Source of the DNA: Antedon mediterranea
Taxonomy: Eukaryota > Animalia > Echinodermata
Direction: 5' to 3'
DNA: 64,000 nt
Assembly: GCF_964355755.1 (NCBI RefSeq)
Contig: NC_092674.1
Location: 28,582,001 to 28,646,000 of the forward strand
The translations under genes and the position numbers were made by a program. The notes below the pieces were generated by a model that saw only the letters and a list, made by a program, of their open reading frames with translations, searched no databases and was not told the origin of the DNA. How positions within the stretch are numbered: the stretch's first letter is position 1; each line of letters opens with the position of its first letter. Of the stretch, positions 55,457-64,000 are shown piece after piece.

Positions 55457-58400
55457 ATGCCTGCAGGGTCTCCAACTGTCCCCAAAGTTGATGTTAGTCT
55501 GAAGAGGGCCCGTGAAAGCGATCCAGAGGAGGACAAATCCGAAAATGGTTCATGCCAAAAACAAGGCGGAGACGCTGGATCAACGGAAATTAACACCAAC
55601 AAACCTGAAGTTTGCAATGGACACCACATAATTGAACACCGAGCCAATCTCCCATTTTTGCGTTCCAGTGTGAAAAGACCAAAAAGAGACAATACCCCAC
55701 CACCGAAACCCAAAGAAACAGGTATTTTATACATTTTTCAAAATTCGAAATATTAATTCAATTTAGATGTTATCTACATTGTATTTCATTTTCTGGAACT
55801 TTACCAAAAATAAAGACTGTTTTTTTGATTGCCTCAAAACAATTTTCCCATGACATATTTTTATAAATTTGTACATTTATCATGTTATAAATATATTATT
55901 TCTTTGCATTTTCTTTAATTTATTGCCTTTCTTCTCTTTTAATTATTTTGTAGGAAAAGAAAAAGTTGCCAAGGTAGAACCAAAGGCAGAACGAAAACGA
56001 TGGGAAGCCTGGAGTAACCAGGATAAAAATTATTTCTTTAAATTTCTCAATGAGGTAATAAAAAAAAGTTAAATTCTGATCAATTCTGAAGGTTATAAAT
56101 ATAATGAATTTTTAAAACTATATTTCAATGATTTACTCTTTGCATACAGTAATTGTTTTTGTAATTTGTTTGGTTGTTTTTGTTTTCTTAGCATGGGAAA
56201 GATTTTGATGCTATTCAAAAACACATTGAAATTCAGCATAAAAAGAATGTTGACTCCAGCACCCAAGTGAAAAACAAAGATCAAGTAAGGTGGAAAAATA
56301 ATGTGAAATATTTATATAAATATTTATTATTAAATCATGAGTAAGAGTAAGAGGGTTAATTATGGTGTAATGGTTAGGGATATTTGACTAGCTTTTGAAA
56401 GGCATTGGTTCGATACCTGTTTGTGTTATATTGCTTGTATCCTAGGCAAGATACTTTACCCTTGTTGGTGCACTAGTAGCAAAGAGTAGGGGGATCATAT
56501 CCCTGTGTACTGATCTTCTGGGAGAACAGTCTTACAGAAAAGGTCACTGAAGAAATAAATCAAATCAATTTTTGTTTGGTAAACATTGATTCACTGGTTT
56601 GTATAAAATCTGAGACATTTTATTGCATTTTTAGTTTATAACATTATATTGTTTTCATAGGTACGGCATCTGTACTACAGAACTCTTCATAAAATTGCAA
56701 AATTTATTGAGCCAAAACCAGGTATGTTTAATTTTTGATATACAGTTTAAAATATTCTAAAAATATCCCATTGGCTGGCCGTCATATACTCACTGCTAAT
56801 GGTATTGTATTCACAAAAGTAGATACAACAAATTTTAACTAAAATTCCATTCCAGTACCAATGAGACAACATTACCAAATTTTACAATCGCATTGAATAA
56901 AATAAAAAAAAATCTTATTCACTTTACAGAATTATCCAAGACCGCAAGAGAGTTATATGCTTTGATCAACTATGGCGAATTACGGAAAAAGATCAAGACG
57001 GTGATAAATGTCAAAATTGGACAAAAATTGAATGAATTAGTCAATAATGGGTGAGTATATAGGAAGGAAATGCACCCCTCCTATTGGTTGTCACAAACCA
57101 CATGATACAGCCTTGTGGAAGAACACCTTTCTAGTGTAAAAGAGGTTTTTATAAAGATGTTATAATTATTATGTACTGTGGGAAAAGTTCAATTGTGACA
57201 ACAACATGGCTATTTATACGTTTTTTTGTTGTTTTGGTTGAACTTCTCTATAATTGGCTATAAAGCTTGGTTCCCTTTTAGACGCAACTCAAGGTCATAA
57301 CGGAAGCAAGTTGACCAATGAAAATCTTGTGATTGTTCAAATCACTTGCGGTGTGCTTACGTCTGTGCGTTGTAGTGGGAACCAAGATTTAGTTGTCCCA
57401 ACAATCTCATCACAAACTAAATGTATAAGATTAATTCCTAATATGGTAGTAGGTTCATATAATTCAAAGAATTTTGAAATAACCTTATAATTATCAGCTG
57501 TAGGTGCATCTTTAACGCTCTTTATTTTTTATCGTATATTTAGTGTTACTACAGTCCGGTTTAAAGGCAAGAATGTACGAATCAAAACACCTGTATGTAA
57601 AGCCTTGAAGAAACTGCAAGATGCGGAATGTAAGTGATGTTGTTGACAATAAAGATCAAGAAAAAATATAATTTTAACATTCCAAAATTTACTGCACCTG
57701 TATATGCAGATTCTGTATAATGGAGTATGGCTGCAATATTGTATATGTTGTGCTTTTTTGTTCTGTTCTCTGTATACGTTTTGAACGGTTTAATTTACTT
57801 TCCTATGTATTTGTTAACAAAAGTTTTCAGATAGTTTGTATGTTTGTATACAGTATACTATACCAAATAAATAAATGATATATGTATATGGGTAGCCTAT
57901 GACTACAAATTTGCTCAAGTTTGTGAATATGACAATTTTAGGCATGGGCTTAATTATATCACAGTGTTAGCTTATAAACATGGTATTATTGAAATAATTA
58001 CATAATGAAAAAATACACCAAAATTGTTTTATAGTTTTGTAATATTCCTTATTTTAAGGTCCGAAAGAAGACAAACCTTTTCGTATACCACTTAAAATAC
58101 TTGTGGACTTTCAACCAAGAAATAATGATGCCTTGGCTACTGTTCAGGGATTAGCCCACAACCCCAGGCTAAGGTGAGTATACAATTAAAATATATATTT
58201 TTTACAAAAAGTAATTCATTAAAATTAAATTAGGGTAAATCAAGGTAAAACAATCATTCTCGTATATAATAACAGAAAATACTAGTGGTTTGACTAGTGG
58301 CGTAATAATTGTTTAATAATGTATATTTTGTTGATACAGGATCGCCGTCCCAGTCCAGAAAGATGTGCGGAGTGTCATCGATTACTTAACCTCTAAGTGG

Positions 58401-61400
58401 ACACCAACCACCATTAAACTGGTAACATAATTTCTCTCATACAAATATGTCAATATCTTTTGAAACAACATAATACTGTAGAAAAGTTATAAAAATTAAA
58501 AACAGGGTACAGCCCATATCGCCATTTTATCATCACTTTTGAGTGTGTATTGTTGATAAGCTAACATAAAGCTCTCTCTACACTATCAAACTTTATGTGA
58601 CAAAAACATGTGATGTGCCCATATATCGACATGATGATGTCATAAAACTAGCATATTTGGGTATATCACTACCATGTTTGGCCACATCACACTTTTTTTG
58701 TCAAACTAGTTTGATAGTGTAGACAGAGCTTAAGACAACTATGGATCTTTATGAAATCTACATATTTAAAAAATAACTATCAATTTTTAATTATATTTAT
58801 AGTTGCAGACATTGAAGCCCAGTGAAAAGAATCATGAAACAAATATTATTTTACACATACCGGAAAACTCGGGCATCAAACCTTTACAAGATGTTACTGG
58901 TAAATTTATTCATTGGAGCTCAAAGACCCCATTTACAATGGGCCAAGGACTTACTAGTGTTAGCAACAACAAAAATTGTCAATCAAATTCGTCCAGCCCA
59001 CAATCGACGGCAAAATTGAAACTGCAGGCCAGTAAAATGTTGTCTACCGAAGGGACTATTAAGAACGACAATAAAGGGAAAGGAGTCGATTTAACACGGA
59101 AAAAATGCAATACGGGAGAGGTGTCAAATTGTCTTGAATCGACGACATCGGTTTTAACTAATCATTGTGTTGAGGCTTCGAATGAAGCTGAACTGGACAC
59201 AAGTAAAACTGACCAGTTGCTAACAAGTACAGAGACAATGGCCAACACTGAAGCGATTACTGCTTCTGGAAACCATCAAGAAAATATTGGTTCTGTTACG
59301 GCTAAAACGAAACAAAAGCAAACAAAAGACTTCTGTTTGAGAAGCGGACTCACTTTAGAGAATGCACGGGATATTAATTTTACAGATGTATATTTAATGG
59401 TAAATACAGTACAGGGGTTATTTTAGTCATCCATCTAATATAGTATATCATATACTGTCATATTAGGGAGGTTTCACAACCTTACGAATACGATAACGAA
59501 AACGGATACGTCACACATTTGTGAAACTTTTGAGCTGATTCCCATTTCATATTCGTAAAGCGTATTCGTGTTGACGAATATCACCAGTCATATTCGTAAC
59601 TACAAAACAAGTATAGTTTTTGATGTATTTTGCACATTTTGCATTTGAATCAGGAATGATTCATGATTATAATATAATTATACTTTTTATTGAAAGTAAT
59701 TTACTAAAGTAATTTACTAAAATGCCATGTCAATTTTGATAAATAGCAGTTTTTAAAGTCCTCATTCGCTCAAACTTACCGCAGTCATATTTTGGACGGC
59801 GCCCCTTAATATTTTGTTTCAATTTTTACTGACTTACGAAAAACGAATACGTGTGCGTGATGTATCCGTTATCATATTAGTAAATTGCAAAACCTCCCTA
59901 ATATCAAGATTATCACTACAGTCAACTTTTTCAATGCTGGAGTTTCAGAAAACTGAAAACTCTCTCAAAACCAGACTTTTCTTGAGGTCCAAAAGATCAT
60001 TAAAAACAAATTTTGAATACCAGGCTTTTCAGGATTTAACCAGAAATTAGGCCAGACTATGGGTGTGCGGTATTGGGAGAGTTGACTGTATTACTAGCAT
60101 CAGAATCACCACTATCATAATCACTATCATGATCATCATTATCATCAGAATCACACTATCATCATCATCATCGGGATCATTATTATCATGATCATCACTA
60201 TCTTAAAACATATAATAGAAATGATTTCTTTCTCACAATAATATATTTCTTTTCTACCACTGTAGTTAGGGATGCCGTCAAGATTAAAATTTGAGTATGA
60301 ATTTATTTATGAGGAGAAGGCAGAAAAAGAGAGCACCTTGAAAACACTGCAAAAGCTGGTACATTTGGCAAAAAGTCAGGTTGAACAAATAAATGCACCA
60401 AAAAAGGTAAGTTCCTGCTTCTTAAGCTCTGTCCACACTAGTTTAACAAAAAAAATGTGTGATGTGCCCAAATATGGTAGTGCTATGCCCAAATATGACA
60501 TCATCATGTCCATATATGGGCACATCACATAAAGTTTGATAGTGTAGACAGAGCTTTATACATTATTGACTTTGTGAATACATCAACTACATTAAAAGCT
60601 TTCACATTTAAAATATTTTTGTTTACATTTCCTTTCTAAGTGAATGAAATAATGTCTAGAATATCTTTCTATAACTATTATGCAATCAAAGAAAAATACT
60701 GTTTAATAAATTGGGAATTTATGTACATAAATTAGAATATAATTTAAATAATTATCTTTATAGATGGTGTCGGTAGGCACAGCTACGTCACCGATTCGTG
60801 GCGTTCAACAAGCAGGGAACGGCATAAACAGAAACGACATATTTCCCATCCGAAATACAAACGGTAAAAACGATGCAGCGGATTTGGCATTGAACAAAGG
60901 AATAGTTCGCATCGCGGGAGTGGTCAATCCCGGAAACGTGACTGCAAATGGGTCAATAGTTGATAAGGACACAGGGGTGTTTGTTACACCCAAGGTATCA
61001 TCGGCGCCATCTGTAGTTAAGAAAAAATTTGGAGGAGAATCAATGTCGCAAATTCAGGATAGACTTTTTATGCAACAGCTCAACTTTCTACATGTAAGTA
61101 CTTGTCTTGTAACAATTCATGATAATTGTAAAATTGAAAATTAATTCCTAACCACACGCAGCTGATGAATAGTTCTTACAAAAATTCTAATTATTATTAT
61201 AAAGATAATCAAATTTTTATTTTGTAACGGAAGCTAGTCCACAAACAGTTGTTTCCATGAGACTGAAAGAAATAAAAATAGTGTTCACAATGAACTAACT
61301 ATCAATTCACATAACTAAAGCTCTGTCTACACTATCAAACTTAATGTGACAAAAAAATGTGATGTGCCCAAATATGGACATGATGTCATATCACTACCAT

Positions 61401-63745
61401 ATTTTGGCATAGCACTACCATATTTGGGCACATCACACTTTTTTGGTCAAACTAGTTTGATAGTGTAGACAGAGCTTAAGACTGCTGGATTAACACAGTT
61501 TTTTATATTCAGTGGTTTGAGTATCACAATCAATAAATGTACTAAAAATGTATATTGGTTATATTTACAGAGACAACAATCCCTCAATCAAAGAGGAAGA
61601 AAGATTAAAGCTCCTATTGTTGTACAGGTAAGTTATTTTTACTCCAAATTTTGAGACAAAAATGTGCAATAAACTAGTTGTTGTTTAAAAGAAAGTAATG
61701 ATTTTTTTGTAAAAAATAATTATGTATACATAATGTAATTTTGCAATTCCTCAGCGCCACCTATTGCCAAGACCACAATCTTCTGCCCCAATGCGTAACG
61801 TAATGTCGTTAACATCAACTGGGAAGTTTACACCGGTTGATGCCAGTTCTTTAAAAACAGTAGACCCTTCCAGTGCTAAGGTGAAGATCAAACCAGTTGT
61901 CCGTACACCGGTGAACATCGCTCCTAAAAATCCACCACCAACTCCAGGTAACAAAAATTTTGTTTTTTTGTCTTACTTACCCTATTACAGTCAGGGAAAG
62001 AATGGCAAAAGGCTTCTTACTTTCTAGGAATTTTATCAGATATTCTATATTTTTTTGACAACTTTGTAACGTGACGACAGTGCAGATTTTCAACTAATTG
62101 ATTAAACAAAGTGTACGCAATACTAGGGGTGTCCCCTGAGTAGGGGTTGTCTGCATATACTGCTCTTTGTTAGTTCACAGGAGAGTCTTCTGAATAGGGA
62201 TGTCCCAAATGAGTTACAAAATACAACAAATTGGTTAAAGATATTTTGTAACCCCCTACTCGTCTCGAAAGATGTACTAGTTTCTTTAAATTGCACATGA
62301 GCTACATGTGTGTGCACTGGACCTATGGTTTATAGTCCTTATCTGAGAAGACTTCTACCACCAGAACCATAGAGCGAGTGAGCCTTGAACCCTTGCCGAT
62401 GTTATGGCTATGCAATTATGGTTCCACTGTCTTAACCACTCAGCCACAAACAAATTGGTTAAAAATATTTTGTTATACAGTATATACTGTTATTCATTGC
62501 CATAATACTTTAACTTTCTATTCTTAATAGATTTTAGTTAAATTTCTTTTCTCTTCCAGTTGTTATCAGTCCAATCAACAGTCCTGTGTCGTTTGTTACC
62601 AACTCACCACCGGTAATGATGCAACAATCTATGCAATTATCTACTCCAGTCGCCGTTGTACCTATCTCTAATCCGTCGGTAAGATAGAAATCCAATTTGT
62701 TGATTCTCTTTACTATAATTTAAATGTTTGTCTTGAATAAGTGCCCTATCAGGTTAATGTGAACCTTCGCTGTAAAGTATGTGCTGAAGTAATTTGAATT
62801 TTCTGAATTTGAATATTTATTTATACTGGGCAACCTCTTAGTCAAAGACTGGTCTCCCAGAAGGCCCAGTTATGATCAGTTGCTGTGATGTACTAGTAAA
62901 CCAGGTTAACCCCCTACTTGTCTCGGAAGATGTATTAGTTTCTTTAAAGTGCAAATGAGCTACATCTGTGCACTGGACCTACGGTTTATAGTCCTTATCC
63001 AAGAAGACTTTTACCACCAGAACCATGGAGCGAGTGAGCCTTGAACCCTTGCCAATGTTATGGCTACGTAATTATGGTTCCACTGTCTTAACCGCTTAAC
63101 AACTCACTCGCAATTGTAAAAAGTTTTTTTTATTTTCATTTAGGTGTTGCCAATTGTTGCTGCACCAACTCCGACTTGTTCCATTGTTGCCGTTTCTATG
63201 ACAACAAACCAGAATTTCGCTCCACAGCCAACAATGGTAACGTCTGTTCCTACGACACCTCAAACCAAGGTTACCGATAGCAGTATCCTATGCACTCCTA
63301 GCCCGCCAAAAATGGGTACAAGTTTCACAGAAACTAAGGACAGTCGACCGCCATTTAGCATTTCACCACCACCAAACCTATCCTCGATATTGGATATATC
63401 GTTGCCTTCTGCTGATTGTACGGAACCACCGATTGGATCGGAATCTCTCATTGCCATGGCAATGGACACTGCTGGACTCACTGGTAAGATATTGGAAACT
63501 ACTAGTGACTACAATTATTCGAAGATGAAATTTTGAGATACAAAAGTTGAAATAATTAAAACATGCAAATTATTGTTTTCATTGTAGGTATTGCTGAAAC
63601 ATTGGCGTCTAGTAGTTCATCGATAGATGAGAAATCGGAACAGAATCGAGAAACTGGTGCTTCCACGCCACCTCCCAGTACTGTCGGTTCTACAAACTCC
63701 CCATTTAAACTGACCTCTGACCCTAATTGGCTGAATGCAGAAACG
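55457..63745 (+). CDS. CRAMP1: Protein cramped-like (SANT-domain chromatin regulator), 3'-incomplete, at least 16 coding exons
   Basis: Exons 55457-55721, 55954-56054, 56192-56284, 56661-56721, 56930-57050, 57544-57629, 58059-58173, 58340-58421, 58803-59399, 60266-60406, 60764-61093, 61571-61627, 61755-61948, 62560-62678, 63144-63483, 63588-63745. RKRWEAWSNQDKNYFF..EHGKDFDAIQ..VKNKDQVRHLYYRTLHKI..ELYALINYGELRKKI..KLNELV..TTVRFKGKNVRIKTPVCKALKKL matches human CRAMP1 as recalled. Confidence 0.94.
58570..58730. mobile_element. Family A MITE
   Basis: TAA|AGCTCTCTCTACACTATCAAACT...AGTTTGATAGTGTAGACAGAGCT|TAA. Confidence 0.9.
59461..59903. mobile_element. MITE in a CRAMP1 intron
   Basis: TATTAGGGAGGTTTCACAA / TTGCAAAACCTCCCTAATA inverted ends. 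Confidence 0.65.
59919..60087. mobile_element. Tc1/mariner-like MITE (TA-flanked); relatives at ~30950-31100 and ~49415-49595
   Basis: ta-CAGTCAACT...AGAGTTGACTG-ta. Confidence 0.6.
61319..61476. mobile_element. Family A MITE
   Basis: Perfect 23-bp TIRs with TAA TSD. Confidence 0.9.
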
Positions 63746-64000
63746 GTATGTAATAAAAAAAGTTTTCTTTACAGATGGTAAGCCATATCAGTGTGAACAC
63801 TGCTTTACACTAGGGCCCTCTAATCACAAAATATGTACCACAAGACAAATTTATAATAACTTTATCAAATACTACTCAAAAACATCTCCAAATTTTGAAA
63901 CCAAGGTTTGAATGTACAATGCTTAGGCACTAGGAACTATATATAAATCCAGGATTTATTATTTGACGAAAACCTTTATATGTTTATATTATAGATTAGA

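Noticed and set aside
55444-63481. Antisense ORFs overlapping CRAMP1, RPL9 and SDAD1 exons
   Set aside because: Shadow frames of real coding exons.

Overview
AT-rich, intron-rich animal genomic DNA (probably a marine invertebrate; taxon not determinable from sequence alone), not prokaryotic. By splicing exons by hand I reconstruct eight protein-coding loci: a 2.6-kb first coding exon of an unidentified Ser-rich protein (-, continues off the left edge), CCDC134 (-, with a U12-type first intron), YIPF6 (+), RPL9 (-), YIPF5 (+), SDAD1 (-), a Jupiter/HN1-family gene (JPT, -) and CRAMP1/cramped (+, runs off the right edge). The most striking non-genic structure is an ~8.45-kb foldback-like element (19339-27789) between the head-to-head RPL9 and YIPF5 genes. 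It has ~46-bp terminal inverted repeats, two inverted arms of ~100-bp palindrome-bearing tandem units with different higher-order periodicities, nested hairpins and no recognisable transposase. It appears to contain the YIPF5 promoter and ends 23 bp before the YIPF5 ATG. Introns carry many non-autonomous elements (PIF/Harbinger-, hAT- and Kolobok-like MITEs, tRNA- and 5S-derived SINEs, a LINE 3' end, a degenerate Penelope-type hammerhead, and 30-37-bp micro-insertions with 5-bp TSDs). Gene identities rest on recalled similarity to human proteins, not on database searches.
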